The position numbers and the translations under genes were made by a program. DNA of 64,000 bases from an uncultured Gemmatimonadales bacterium (GTDB lineage Bacteria; Gemmatimonadota; Gemmatimonadetes; Gemmatimonadales; GWC2-71-9). The notes below the pieces were generated by a model. The model did no database searches, was not told the origin of the DNA, and saw nothing but the letters and a program-made list of their open reading frames with translations. Positions 20,500 through 30,828 of the stretch are shown piece by piece. The stretch lies in contig CAWHFW010000005.1 of assembly GCA_963828735.1 (NCBI GenBank), forward strand, positions 1,600,001 to 1,664,000, given 5' to 3'. Each line of letters begins with the position of its first letter. Positions within the stretch are counted from its first letter, which is position 1.

Positions 20500-21852
20500 C
20501 TACGGCCGCTTGATGTTGTGCCTCCGCATGATCTTGAGGAGGCTCGCATGATCGGAGAGCCCAAGGGCCTCCGCGGTGCGCGTCACGTGCCACTCGTTCC
20601 GCTCCAGCGCGGTGATCACGATCCGCCGCTCCGCCTCGGCCTTGAGCGCAGCGAACGTCCCCCCGCCTTCCAATGAACCCCTTGCCTCACCCCGAATGTC
20701 GGCCGGTACCTGCTCCGGCCCGATCACCTCGCCATCCGTCGCGATGATCATCCGCTCCACCACGTTCCGAAGCTCGCGCACGTTGTTCCGGGCCCAGTCG
20801 TACCCCATCAGCAGATCGAGGGCGTCCGCCGCCAGCCGCTTGCGGCGCATTCCGAACCGCTCGCAGATCGCAGCGGCGAACCGCTCGGCGATCTCGGGCA
20901 CGTCGCTCCGCCGCTCGCGAAGCGGCGGCACTTCGATCTGGTGGACGTTGATCCGGTAGAACAGGTCCTCGCGAAACCGTCCGGACCCGACCTCCGCCGC
21001 CAGGTCCCGGTTGGTGGCCGCGACGACGCGCGCCTCGACCGGCAGCGACCGCGTGCCCCCGACCCGCGTTACCCGCCGCTCCTCCAGCACGCGGAGGAAC
21101 TTGGCCTGGGCGAGAAGGGGGAGCTCGCCGATCTCGTCGAGAAAAAGCGTCCCCCGCTCCGCGGATTCGAAGGCGCCTTTCCGCGTGACACTGGCGCCGG
21201 TGAACGCTCCCCGCTCATGGCCGAACAGCTCGCTCTCGATCAGGTGCTCCGGCAAGGCGGCGCAGTTGATGGCCACGAGCGGCGCGGCGGGATGCGAGCC
21301 GAGTCGATGGAGCTCGCGGGCGACCAGCTCCTTGCCCGTTCCGCTCTCGCCCACCACGAGCACTGTGCTCGGCACCGGCGCGATCCGGGCAATCTGCTCG
21401 CGAAGGCGGAGCATGGCGGCGCTGTCCCCGATCAGGGCGGACTCGCCGTCCATCCGGTGACGAAGGGAACGGACCTCGGCCAGCAACCGGCGGCGCTCGA
21501 CGGCGAGCTCGATCTCCCGCACGACCCGCTCGACCGGTTCGGCCTTGTCGATGAAGCCGTGCGCGCCGAGCCGGACCGCCTGGATGCAGCGGTCGAAATT
21601 CCCCGTGCCGGTGTAGACGATGACCGGCACCTCCGATCCGCGCCGCTCCAGCGCGCGCAGCACCTCGAAGCCATCCATGCCCGGCATCTCCAGATCGAGC
21701 AGGACGCAGTCCACCGGATCGCCCCCCATCCGCTCCAGGGCGTGCCGGCCGTCATGCGCCACCTGGACCTCGTAGTCTCCCAGGCGCTTGAGGTCGTACG
21801 CGTACTGCTCGGCCATCGCCGGCACGTCATCCACAACCAGCACGACGGTCAT
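20500..21852 (-). CDS. Sigma54-dependent NtrC-family response regulator
   Basis: REC domain, GESGTGKE, ESELFGHERGAFTGA, FREDLFYR, C-terminal HTH. Confidence 0.96.
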   Translation of the reverse strand: MTVVLVVDDVPAMAEQYAYDLKRLGDYEVQVAHDGRHALERMGGDPVDCVLLDLEMPGMDGFEVLRALERRGSEVPVIVYTGTGNFDRCIQAVRLGAHGFIDKAEPVERVVREIELAVERRRLLAEVRSLRHRMDGESALIGDSAAMLRLREQIARIAPVPSTVLVVGESGTGKELVARELHRLGSHPAAPLVAINCAALPEHLIESELFGHERGAFTGASVTRKGAFESAERGTLFLDEIGELPLLAQAKFLRVLEERRVTRVGGTRSLPVEARVVAATNRDLAAEVGSGRFREDLFYRINVHQIEVPPLRERRSDVPEIAERFAAAICERFGMRRKRLAADALDLLMGYDWARNNVRELRNVVERMIIATDGEVIGPEQVPADIRGEARGSLEGGGTFAALKAEAERRIVITALERNEWHVTRTAEALGLSDHASLLKIMRRHNIKRP

Positions 21853-23564
21853 GCTCCCCTCCCATCGCCATCGATCCGCCCCGGATTCACCGGCAGCTCG
21901 AGGACAGCGCGCGTCCCGGCGCCGGGCTCGGTCTCGATCCTGAGCGAGGCGCCGAGGTCGGCGGCCAGCCGGCGAACGATCGATAACCCCAGGCCCGTCC
22001 CGCCGGTTTTGGTGGTGTGGAAGTCGTCGAACGCGCGCTCGAGATCCGCACCAGTCATGCCCGGCCCATTGTCGCTCACCGAGAGCCTGACCACCGGCCC
22101 CTCCGCCGGACCTGCGGATTCGGTGGCCACGGTGACGACGCCGTCGTCCCGGGCGGCCAGGCTGTCCAGCGCATTGCTCACGAGATTCTCGAGGATGCGG
22201 CGCAGGGCGAGCGGGTCGGCCGGCACGCGAGGGATCGCCGGGCCGGTAGCGGCCCGCAACGTCACGCCGCCAGGGCTGGTGCCGCGCACGACCTCGTCGA
22301 CCACGGCGTTCACGTCGCACGGCTCGCGCTGCATGGCTGGAGACAGCTTGGCGTAATTGCGCGCCAACGTATCCAGGTATTCGAGGCTCGACTCCAGCGT
22401 TCCGCGCCGCTCCTTGAACACCGCCGGCAGCGACCCGGGTGACTCGTGAGCCACCTGCGACAGGTGCCGCAGCACGTTCCGAATGGGGACCAGGCCGTTC
22501 TTCACGTCGTGATTCACCTGTCGCGCCAGGTCGCCCGTGGCGGCGCGGCGTTCGACCTCTCGGAGCCGCACGGCGCCGAGCCGGAGCCGTTCGGTCATCG
22601 CCGCGAGCACGCCGGTGAGGGTGCCGATCTCGTCGGTCCGGTCCGTCGCGAACATCTGGTCGAGGCGATCGAAGTCGATCGCCGCAGTCTGCTCGGCCAA
22701 CGCCGTGAGCGGACGGCTGATCCGCGCGGCGAGCCAGGCGGCGGCTAGCAGCGCCAGCGGCACCGCCGCCGCCAGCGCGGCGAAAAACCAGCGATCGAGG
22801 CTGTGCCGCAGCGCGATCAGCGTCGAGGCTGACTGGGTGACCCGGAGGCGGGCGGTCCCGGCCACCGTGGCTCCCGCGGCGGAGGCGAGATCGAGGAACG
22901 GCAGTGATAGCTCGGCGACGGTCCGCACGCTGTCGTCGTGAGGCGTCGCCGGCGATGCGGGGTAGGCGATCTCCAGTCGCAGGTCGGGGTCTCGCGCCAG
23001 ATCGGTGCGAAGGCGGGCCTCGAACGCGGCCCCACCGGCCACGGTGAGCGGCTCGCCGGCCACGCGCATCGAATCGAGCCGCGCGAGCACGACGATCGCG
23101 CTGTCCGCCGTGCGGGCCCGAACGAGGACCGGCGCACTGCCGGCCGCCGCCAACGCTCGCGGCAGCGCCGGGTCGACGCGATCGAACTCGTTGCGGAAGT
23201 GCCCGGAGCTCACGATCCGGCCCGCGCTGTCCTGCACCTGGAGCAGGTCGAGTCCCGCGGCCCGCATGGCCGGGCCGGCGAGATCGAGGAGGCCTCGCCG
23301 GGCGCCTGCCCCCGCCTGCACGACCGCGAGCCGAAGGCGATTGTCCCGTTCGAGATCAGCCCGGATCGTCCCCAGTCGAGCGGCAATCCCCTCGCTCTCG
23401 CGACGGAGGTCATCCCGCAGCGCGACAGCCGCGGCATCGGCGCGCCGCGCGTTCTCTTCGGTCAGCCGGCGCGTCATCTCGTGCCGAACGCCATAGGCGA
23501 GCACGCCGAGCGGCACGAGCGCCGCGAGCGTGAGGCCGAGGAACAGGCGCGACCGGAAGGTCAC
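21849..23564 (-). CDS. HAMP sensor histidine kinase
   Basis: Two TM helices, HAMP, HDVKN H-box, ENLVSNA, DNGPG, GTGLGL. Confidence 0.93.
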   Translation of the reverse strand: MTFRSRLFLGLTLAALVPLGVLAYGVRHEMTRRLTEENARRADAAAVALRDDLRRESEGIAARLGTIRADLERDNRLRLAVVQAGAGARRGLLDLAGPAMRAAGLDLLQVQDSAGRIVSSGHFRNEFDRVDPALPRALAAAGSAPVLVRARTADSAIVVLARLDSMRVAGEPLTVAGGAAFEARLRTDLARDPDLRLEIAYPASPATPHDDSVRTVAELSLPFLDLASAAGATVAGTARLRVTQSASTLIALRHSLDRWFFAALAAAVPLALLAAAWLAARISRPLTALAEQTAAIDFDRLDQMFATDRTDEIGTLTGVLAAMTERLRLGAVRLREVERRAATGDLARQVNHDVKNGLVPIRNVLRHLSQVAHESPGSLPAVFKERRGTLESSLEYLDTLARNYAKLSPAMQREPCDVNAVVDEVVRGTSPGGVTLRAATGPAIPRVPADPLALRRILENLVSNALDSLAARDDGVVTVATESAGPAEGPVVRLSVSDNGPGMTGADLERAFDDFHTTKTGGTGLGLSIVRRLAADLGASLRIETEPGAGTRAVLELPVNPGRIDGDGRGA

Positions 23565-24778
23565 TCGGTCGCTCCGGCCGTATCGCGCGACTCGGCGACC
23601 CGGACCGCGCCGTCCCACTCGGCCACCAGCGGTGGCGTGCCACGGCGGACGATGGCGTGCCGGCGAGTCTCGATGAGTGGAAGGATCGCGGCTCCCGCGG
23701 GATAGGTCGTCCAATCCGCGCAGGGTCCGGCGGAGCGCGGGCCCCCGGGGACGATGAATGCGCGCGCCTCACCGCGATCGAGGGCCGCCGCCATGCTCTC
23801 GGGCGCCTGCCCCCGCGACGAGAATCGCGCAAGCGCGGCGAGCGCCACGATGCGCTCCGCCAGTTCGCGAGCTGTCGGGTCGGCGAGCGGATAGAGGATC
23901 ACATCCGTCGGAGCCGGCCGCGCGGAGCCCGCGGAGGACCGACAGCGATCTGCTGCGTCGGCGGCCATGGTCGTGTCGACCGGCCGGGCATCCGTCCGTA
24001 CGGCATCGCGTGCGAGCGCGGCTCGAAAGGCCGCCGTGTCCGAGGGGATGGCGGTGCCGAGTGAGGAGGAGCCGCCGAGGATCACCAGGTAGTACGTTCG
24101 GCTCCACGGCAGCGGGATGACGGCGAGTCCTTGCCGGTGCACGGCGTAGTCGAGGAGATCGGGGTCCCCCGTGACGACGACGTCGGCACGACCGTCCACC
24201 GCGTCCCTGAGGTCGCCGGAGGAAGGCTGGGCTTCGCGAAGCATCCCGCTGTCCCCTCGCGCCACCGCGAGGGCGCGATCGGCAAAGACCGCGGGCAGGT
24301 CGGGGTGTGATTCGACGAACCCCACGACGAGGCGCTGGTCGTCGAGCGGGGAAGCCGACCTCGCACCGGCACCTCGCAGCGTCGCCGAGGCGTCGGGGTC
24401 AGCGGCCCAGGTGGCCGCGAGGGAGCCGGCAGTCCAGCGGGGCGTCGCCGGCGTCGGCGGGCCTGCCGGCGGTGGCAGCTCGAGCGTCCAGAACTTCCCC
24501 GAGGTATCCCGCGACCAGCGGGTCGCGAGCCCCGGCGTCGCGCGTCCCTCGCAATCGAGGCGAACGGGCGCCACTCGCGTCGCGGCCAGGCGTGAGTGCG
24601 CCGCATTCGATGAATCGTCGAACGCCGCGAGGATCGGGCGCAACGGGCCGGCGCTGTCGGTCGTGATCACGCAGGCGCTGGGGTGGGGCGCGGCCACAGG
24701 CGTCGGGGTCGGACGAGGGCCCGACGCACAGGCCGCCGTCAGAAGGCCGAGCGCGAACCGCAGCGCGCGCGGCGACAC
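23561..24778 (-). CDS. Lipoprotein resembling a divergent family-5 solute-binding protein
   Basis: LTAAC lipobox; PGLATRW...WTLEL resembles the SBP5 N-terminus; GTGA-coupled to the kinase. Confidence 0.6.
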   Translation of the reverse strand: MSPRALRFALGLLTAACASGPRPTPTPVAAPHPSACVITTDSAGPLRPILAAFDDSSNAAHSRLAATRVAPVRLDCEGRATPGLATRWSRDTSGKFWTLELPPPAGPPTPATPRWTAGSLAATWAADPDASATLRGAGARSASPLDDQRLVVGFVESHPDLPAVFADRALAVARGDSGMLREAQPSSGDLRDAVDGRADVVVTGDPDLLDYAVHRQGLAVIPLPWSRTYYLVILGGSSSLGTAIPSDTAAFRAALARDAVRTDARPVDTTMAADAADRCRSSAGSARPAPTDVILYPLADPTARELAERIVALAALARFSSRGQAPESMAAALDRGEARAFIVPGGPRSAGPCADWTTYPAGAAILPLIETRRHAIVRRGTPPLVAEWDGAVRVAESRDTAGATE

Positions 24779-24787
24779 GGGGCTCGT

Positions 24788-25744
24788 TCAGGGCTCCGAG
24801 ACGACGAACGGACTGCCACCGAGCTTGGCCTTGAGGCTCGCCGCCGCGGTCTGGGCGGCCTCGCGCGTCGGGTACTCACCCACCCGCACCTTGTAGAGAC
24901 CGCCCTGCTGGACCGTCACGACCGTGAGGCCGAGCGAGCGAGCTTTGCGTCCCGCTTCGTCGGCCGACTTCTGCGACCCGACGGCCGCGACCTGGATGCG
25001 ATACACGGTCCGCGCGGGAGCGGACGGCGCCGGTGCGGACGACGGCGAGGCGGGGGTCGGTGTCGGCGCGCCTCCCGCAGGCGGCGTGGGGGAGGTCGGT
25101 GCCCGCGATGGCGAAGGTGCGCCGGCACCCGCCCCGGTCGAGTCCCGCCGCGTGCTGTCCGTCGAGGCGTGCGCGGTCGCCGCGGAATCCGGACCCAGAT
25201 CGCACCGTTGATAGAGGTAGCCGAGCTGGTTCTGCAACTCGACGTCGCTTCGGGCCTGCGCCATGCCATCGGCGAGCCACCGGCAGGCCGCTTGTGGATT
25301 CTTGTTGTCGAAGTACGTGCGTCCCGCCCAATAGGCGGCCTGGGCCATCAATGGCGACGCGGGAAAATCGGTGTGGAGACGCTCGAGGTTGCGAGCGGCC
25401 CCGTCGAAGTTCCGGGTCGCGTAGTCCATCTGTACCAGCCGAAGCAGCGCGTCGTCGGCCCAGTCGGACGTGGAATACTCGACCGTCACTCGCTGGAGCT
25501 GGCGGCGCATCTCGCCGGCGGACGTCGCCACCATCGCCTGGGTGTAGAGGATCTGCGGATACAGCGTATCGCTCGGCGGCGTGGCATCCAGGAGCCGCTG
25601 GACGGCCGCCCGCGCCGAGTCACCCTGGCCCTCCTGCGCGGCTCGCACCGCGTCCACCAGGCGCGGATCGGTCTGGGCCTGCAGAGCGTTCGCGCCGAGC
25701 GCCATGGAAGCCACGAGGATCCATCCCGCGATCGCTGGTCTCAT
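24788..25744 (-). CDS. TPR plus SPOR-domain periplasmic protein
   Basis: Signal peptide, TPR-like helices, Pro-rich linker, YRIQVAA...YKVRVG SPOR domain. Confidence 0.88.
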   Translation of the reverse strand: MRPAIAGWILVASMALGANALQAQTDPRLVDAVRAAQEGQGDSARAAVQRLLDATPPSDTLYPQILYTQAMVATSAGEMRRQLQRVTVEYSTSDWADDALLRLVQMDYATRNFDGAARNLERLHTDFPASPLMAQAAYWAGRTYFDNKNPQAACRWLADGMAQARSDVELQNQLGYLYQRCDLGPDSAATAHASTDSTRRDSTGAGAGAPSPSRAPTSPTPPAGGAPTPTPASPSSAPAPSAPARTVYRIQVAAVGSQKSADEAGRKARSLGLTVVTVQQGGLYKVRVGEYPTREAAQTAAASLKAKLGGSPFVVSEP

Positions 25745-26796
25745 GCAGCCTCGCTTCGCTGGACGGCCAGCCGCAGCACCAGATCGGTCAGAATCCCGCG
25801 CTCGTCGGAGATGGTGGTGTTCTTGAGCGCCTGATCGGCGTCCCGCGCGGCACGCAGCCCGTCGCGCACTCGTGGAAGGGGCCACGCGGCGGCCCACGCC
25901 GCCCACTTCGCGCTCTCGTCCTTCCAGTCGGGCAGGCCGAAGATGCGAAGCTGCCGGAGCCGCTCGAGCACCAGGCGCTCCAGGCTGCCCGCGCGCACGC
26001 GTCGATCGTAGTGGCTCCGCGCCAGTCCGACGCCCACCAGGCTCGTGCCCAGGAGCGAGACCAGTCGCACGCCGGTGACGCCGGATTGGTCAAGCAACGG
26101 GCCGAGCATTCGGGCCGCCTTGCCTGCCGCCCCCTCCAGCGCGGCGTCGCGCCAGTCGTACACCGTCTCGCCGTGGCGAACGCCGACGAGCGCGCCGACC
26201 TGCTCGGCCGTCAGGGGCGGCTCCGAAGGCAGCGCCCGCAGCTTCTCGAGCTCTGCGGCCACCCCGCCCAGCTCGCCGCCCGTCGCGGCGAGCAGGTGAT
26301 CGGCCGCCGCATCCTCGAGCGCGACGCCCAGTCGCGCCGCCCGGCGCAGCAGCCAGCGGCGGGCCCGCTCGGGCGGCAGCGGCTCACACTCGACGGCGAA
26401 GGCGCGGCGCACGAGGTCCTTGTCGGCCTCTTCCTCGGCGGCGCCCTGCACCAGGATCACGACCGTCTCGGCGGCCGGGCGCTCGAGGTACGTGAGGAAG
26501 GCGGCGCGAGCCTTGGGCTTCCGCTTCCACCCCTCCACGTCGCGGAGGACGACCGCGCGTCGGTCGGCCATCATCGGCAGTGTGGTGCACAGGGTGAAAA
26601 TGGCCTCGGGATCGAGCTGGCCGGCCGACCGCTGGTCGAGGTTGAAGTCGCGCAGGCCCGGATCGAGCGCGCGATCGAGGATCGCCTGGACCGCCTCGTC
26701 CTTCAGGATGTCCTCGGGACCATGCAGGTAGTAGACCGGCGCCAGCTCGCCCTTGGGCAAGGAGCGCAGCAGCGTGTCGTATGTCTGTGCGGGCAT
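25741..26796 (-). CDS. holA: DNA polymerase III subunit delta
   Basis: PVYYLHGPE, FNL, LPMMADRRAV, ELEKL. Confidence 0.9.
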   Translation of the reverse strand: MPAQTYDTLLRSLPKGELAPVYYLHGPEDILKDEAVQAILDRALDPGLRDFNLDQRSAGQLDPEAIFTLCTTLPMMADRRAVVLRDVEGWKRKPKARAAFLTYLERPAAETVVILVQGAAEEEADKDLVRRAFAVECEPLPPERARRWLLRRAARLGVALEDAAADHLLAATGGELGGVAAELEKLRALPSEPPLTAEQVGALVGVRHGETVYDWRDAALEGAAGKAARMLGPLLDQSGVTGVRLVSLLGTSLVGVGLARSHYDRRVRAGSLERLVLERLRQLRIFGLPDWKDESAKWAAWAAAWPLPRVRDGLRAARDADQALKNTTISDERGILTDLVLRLAVQRSEAA

Positions 26797-26854
26797 GCCG
26801 AATTGTAGAAGGGGTGACGCGGAAGGGCCAAGTGATGCGTCAGTCGCCTCATGT

Positions 26855-27397
26855 TTACCGATTTCGCACAAAACACTGAACAAACATCAGGCTTGTCGAA
26901 GTCTTGGCATCCTGGATAGTGCCGGAGCGCAGCATGCCCATCACCTCGGACCAGGGCAGCGGGTGCAGCTCCATGAACTCGTCCACCTCACGGCGCGCCG
27001 TTCCCTCGGTGAGCCCACGCGCCATGAACAGGTGGATTATCTCGTCGGTGAACCCCGGGGTGGTGTAGATCGTCGTCAGGCGCTCGATCGCCGCCGCCCG
27101 CATCCCGGTTTCCTCCTCCAACTCTCGGCGCGCGCAGGTCTCGGGACTCTCACCCGAGTCGAGCCGTCCGGCCGGCACCTCCCAGATGAAGCCATCGGCC
27201 GCGTGGCGAAACTGCCGAATGAGCAGCACTCGCGGGTCGGCGTCGAGCGGATCGTCCAGGAAGGGCACGACCGCGGACGCGCCGGGATGCCGCAGCATCT
27301 CGAGCTGGCCGGTGGACCCGTCGGGAAAGCGGACCGTGTCGCTGTCGAGGTTGACGATGCGGCCGGTGTACAGCCGCTCGGTGGAGATCAGGGTCAT
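26855..27397 (-). CDS. NUDIX hydrolase (ADP-ribose pyrophosphatase-like)
   Basis: EVPAG...ARRELEEETG Nudix box, HPGA, QFRH. Confidence 0.93.
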   Translation of the reverse strand: MTLISTERLYTGRIVNLDSDTVRFPDGSTGQLEMLRHPGASAVVPFLDDPLDADPRVLLIRQFRHAADGFIWEVPAGRLDSGESPETCARRELEEETGMRAAAIERLTTIYTTPGFTDEIIHLFMARGLTEGTARREVDEFMELHPLPWSEVMGMLRSGTIQDAKTSTSLMFVQCFVRNR

Positions 27398-27401
27398 GGG
27401 A

Positions 27402-28001
27402 TCACCAGCTCCGGACCCAGGCGACGGGGATCTTGAATCCCTCGGCGAGGAGGTAGCGGAGCTCGAGCACGGGGTTATTGGAGATGGGGCTGCTCTCGGT
27501 CGGCGAGGTGTAGGCCTCGAGCTCCGTTCGCCGTGCCTCGAGTCGCAGGCGGAACATGTGAAAGGGATCGCTCACGAGGAGCACGCGCCGGAGGCCGCGC
27601 ACATGGAGCCACTCGGTCACCGCCGTCATCGATTCGTGGGTGGTGCGGCCCTCGCTCTGCGCGACGACGGCCTCCTCGGGCACGCCGTGCGCGATCAGGT
27701 AGCGGCGGCCGACCATCGCTTCGCTGGTCGTGTCGCCGCGCCCCACGCCCCCGGTGACCAGGATGAGCGGCGCGGTCTGGTCGCGGTAGAGGCCCAGCGC
27801 ATGGTCGAGCCGGGCCCGCAGCACGGGCGACGGGCGCCCGTTGTACTGCGCGGCCCCGAGTACGACGAGCGCGTCCACCGGCTGCCGCTGGTCCTCCTGG
27901 CTCGCCACCAGCACCATGGCGAGCGACACGGTGTAGACGACGGCCGCGGTGAGCAGCAGCAGCCCGAGCGCCTGGTGCAGCGGACGGGGCGGGGCGGGCA
28001 C
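27402..28001 (-). CDS. YdcF/DUF218 family protein
   Basis: VVLGA, RLD, VTGG, SEA, VSDPFHMFR. Confidence 0.9.
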   Translation of the reverse strand: MPAPPRPLHQALGLLLLTAAVVYTVSLAMVLVASQEDQRQPVDALVVLGAAQYNGRPSPVLRARLDHALGLYRDQTAPLILVTGGVGRGDTTSEAMVGRRYLIAHGVPEEAVVAQSEGRTTHESMTAVTEWLHVRGLRRVLLVSDPFHMFRLRLEARRTELEAYTSPTESSPISNNPVLELRYLLAEGFKIPVAWVRSW

Positions 28002-28015
28002 GGGCGGATGATCCG

Positions 28016-29407
28016 TTAGAGGTCGAACGCTTCGCCGTGCTTCGGCAGGACGACGTCGCGCACACCTTCCTCGCGCAGAATCGTCGCCATGGCGCCGAGG
28101 GCGTTGGGCTCTCCGTGCACCACGAACGCGCGGCGGATGGGTCCGCCGAGCCGACGGATCCAGGCGCGCAGCTCGTTCCGGTCCGCGTGGGCCGAGTAGC
28201 CGCCGATGGTCTCCACCTCGGCGCGCCGGGGGTACTCCTGGCCGAGGATCTTGACCAGCTCCTCGCCGCCCTGGATCCGGCGGCCGAGGGTGTTCTCCGC
28301 CTGAAAGCCGACGAAGAGCACCAGATTCCGGTGGTCGCTGATGCCGTTGGCGAGGTGATGCAGGATCCGCCCCGATTCGGCCATGCCGCTCGCCGCCACG
28401 ATGATGGCCGGGCCCGCGAGCTGGTTGAGCGCCTTGGAGCCGGCGACGTCCCGGACGTAGCGCACCAGTGAAAAGTCGAACAGCGGAATCTGGTCCGCGA
28501 TCAGGGCCTCGCGCTGGTCGAACACCTCGGGGTGCATCCGGAACACCGTCGTCGTGTCCACCGCGAGCGGACTGTCGATGTAGATCGGGACGTTCGGAAT
28601 GCGTTGCGCCCGATGCAGGCGGTGCAGGCTGTAGACGATCTCCTGGATTCGTCCGAGCGCGAAGGCAGGAATGAGCACCTTGCCGCCGCGGGCGGCCGTG
28701 CGCCGGATGGCCTCACCCAGGCGCTCCTCCGCGCCCGCCACGGACTCGTGGTCACGGTCAGCGTAGGTGGACTCGACGATGAGCGTGTCGATCGGGCCGG
28801 ACGGCGGCTCAGGGTCGCGGACGATCGGCAGTCCCGTGCGCCCGATGTCGCCCGAGTAGACGAGCCGATGGCTGCCGCCCTCGGTGATGCGCAGGTCCAC
28901 AGACGCGGAGCCGAGGATGTGTCCGGCCTCGACCAGCTCGACGGCGAGATGCTTCCGGAGGTGGGTGATGCGGCGATAGGGAACGCCGATCATCAGGTCC
29001 TGCACGGCGATGGCATCGGCCAGATTGTAGAGTGGCTCGCTTTCGGGCCCCGCCTTGTTCCGCCGCACCAGGTATTCGTGGTCCTTCTCCTGGATGTGCG
29101 CGGCGTCGGGCAGCATGACCGCGCAGAGATCGCGCGTCGCCGGGGTGGCGTGTATGGGGCCGTGGAACCCGTGCCGCACGAGGAGCGGCAGGCGTCCCGA
29201 GTGGTCGATGTGGGCGTGGCTCAGCACGACGCCGTCGAGGCGTCGCGGATCAAACGGCAGCCGCGCGTTCAACTCATGGGTCTGGGCGCGGTGCCCCTGG
29301 AACAGCCCTGCGTCGAGCAGGAATCGGCCACCCGCGGCCTCGAGCAGATGCATCGAGCCGGTGACCTGTCCCGCGGCGCCCCAAAAGGTGAGACGGATAC
29401 CGCTCAC
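28016..29407 (-). CDS. MBL-fold beta-CASP ribonuclease
   Basis: HAHIDHSG, GHILGS, ESTY, SGMAESGRILHH, YSAHAD. Confidence 0.93.
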   Translation of the reverse strand: MSGIRLTFWGAAGQVTGSMHLLEAAGGRFLLDAGLFQGHRAQTHELNARLPFDPRRLDGVVLSHAHIDHSGRLPLLVRHGFHGPIHATPATRDLCAVMLPDAAHIQEKDHEYLVRRNKAGPESEPLYNLADAIAVQDLMIGVPYRRITHLRKHLAVELVEAGHILGSASVDLRITEGGSHRLVYSGDIGRTGLPIVRDPEPPSGPIDTLIVESTYADRDHESVAGAEERLGEAIRRTAARGGKVLIPAFALGRIQEIVYSLHRLHRAQRIPNVPIYIDSPLAVDTTTVFRMHPEVFDQREALIADQIPLFDFSLVRYVRDVAGSKALNQLAGPAIIVAASGMAESGRILHHLANGISDHRNLVLFVGFQAENTLGRRIQGGEELVKILGQEYPRRAEVETIGGYSAHADRNELRAWIRRLGGPIRRAFVVHGEPNALGAMATILREEGVRDVVLPKHGEAFDL

Positions 29408-29434
29408 GTGTCGATCCAGGATCAGGGTGAAGGC

Positions 29435-30085
29435 TCAGAGGTGACGAGTGCCGAACAGTCGGTCGCCGGCGTCGCCGAGGCCGGGCAGAATGTAACCCTG
29501 CTCGTTGAGCTGGCGGTCGAGCGCCGCGGTGAAGATCGGCACGTCGGGATGCGCGGCGAGCATCCGCCCGACGCCTTCGGGCGCCGCCACGATGGAGAGG
29601 AACCGGATTCGGCGCGCCCCTGCCTCCTTGAGCGCCGACACCGCCGCCACGGCGGAGCCGCCGGTCGCGAGCATCGGGTCGAGCAGGTAGAAGTCGCGCG
29701 CCACCTCGTCCGCCGGAATCTTGAAGTAGTAGTCCACCGGCTTGAGCGTGTCGTGATCCCGGTAGAGGCCGATGTGCCCCACACGGGCCGACGGAATGAG
29801 CTGCGCGATGCCCTCCACCATGCCGAGCCCTGCCCGGAGAATCGGCACCAGCGTCAGCTTCTTGCCCGAGACCTGGCGGCCGGTCATCCGTTCGAGCGGT
29901 GTGTCGATCTCGACCGGCTCGGTCGCCAGGTCCTTGGTCGCCTCGTACGCCATCAGCGTCGCGATCTCGCCGACCAGCTGCTTGAAGTCGCGTGTGCTGG
30001 TCTCGCGATCGCGGAGGATCGAGAGCTTGTGCTGAATGAGCGGATGATCGAGGACGGTGAGGTTCGCGAATGGGGCGGCAGCCAT
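29435..30085 (-). CDS. upp: Uracil phosphoribosyltransferase
   Basis: [27 protein letters not shown]. Confidence 0.98.
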   Translation of the reverse strand: MAAAPFANLTVLDHPLIQHKLSILRDRETSTRDFKQLVGEIATLMAYEATKDLATEPVEIDTPLERMTGRQVSGKKLTLVPILRAGLGMVEGIAQLIPSARVGHIGLYRDHDTLKPVDYYFKIPADEVARDFYLLDPMLATGGSAVAAVSALKEAGARRIRFLSIVAAPEGVGRMLAAHPDVPIFTAALDRQLNEQGYILPGLGDAGDRLFGTRHL

Positions 30086-30145
30086 GCGACCAATATGCGG
30101 GCGGGATCGGGGGATCGGGAGGGCGATCGCCTGTGCCCGATGAGA

Positions 30146-30174
30146 GAACGGCCACCGTTTCCCGGTGGCCGTTC
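30146..30174. terminator. GGCCACC-type hairpin
   Basis: GAACGGCCACCG-TTTCC-CGGTGGCCGTTC. Confidence 0.6.
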
Positions 30175-30201
30175 GAGTTGACGCGTTCAGTGGGTGTTCG
30201 T

Positions 30202-30555
30202 CTACTTGGCCGTGGTCGTGTCCTTGCTCGTCGAGCCACGCGCCTTCTTCGCGGCCGCGGTGGCCACGGAGTCGACGCCGCCGTGCGCGCCACAGGCGCC
30301 CTGGCCCGTCGGGGCATTCGAGCCGTCCTTACACACGACCAGGTCGCCCTTGAGCATGGTGTCGGTGGCGGCCCCGGCCTTGGAGACCGAGCTGTCGTTC
30401 TGATAGCCCTTGTAGCCCGACGTGTCCGGGCGCATGGCGCTCGTGTCTTTGGCGGGAGCGTTCGTAGGCTGCTGCGCCCACGCCGCGGATGCGCTGCCGA
30501 GCGCCAGCACGCCGACCAGGGCCAGCGTCCGCATGTAGCGAGAGTGAATAGCCAT
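30202..30555 (-). CDS. Small secreted protein with a CKDG...GACxxHGG motif (DUF3761-like)
   Basis: Signal peptide ending AWA; CKDGS...GACGAHGG. Confidence 0.7.
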   Translation of the reverse strand: MAIHSRYMRTLALVGVLALGSASAAWAQQPTNAPAKDTSAMRPDTSGYKGYQNDSSVSKAGAATDTMLKGDLVVCKDGSNAPTGQGACGAHGGVDSVATAAAKKARGSTSKDTTTAK

Positions 30556-30828
30556 CTGCCTCGTCCTTCCTCCAATGTTGCCGAGCTGGACAGCCATGGG
30601 CTGCCCGGAGACCTGCGCCGCGCAGCTTAGAGGGCTGTACCGGCCGAGTCTGTGATTCGGATCATGTGCCGGGACGTGTCGCGTTCCCTTATTACGCGGC
30701 TCGTATTACGCGGCTCGCGTGCTTGCGGAGCCGCCAAACCGATTTATTATTTGGCCCCTCAAATAGTAACGTCGGCGTATTGGTCCGGCTTCCGGCCGAA
30801 AGGTGTCCAGTTCAATGGCGGTAAGCAA

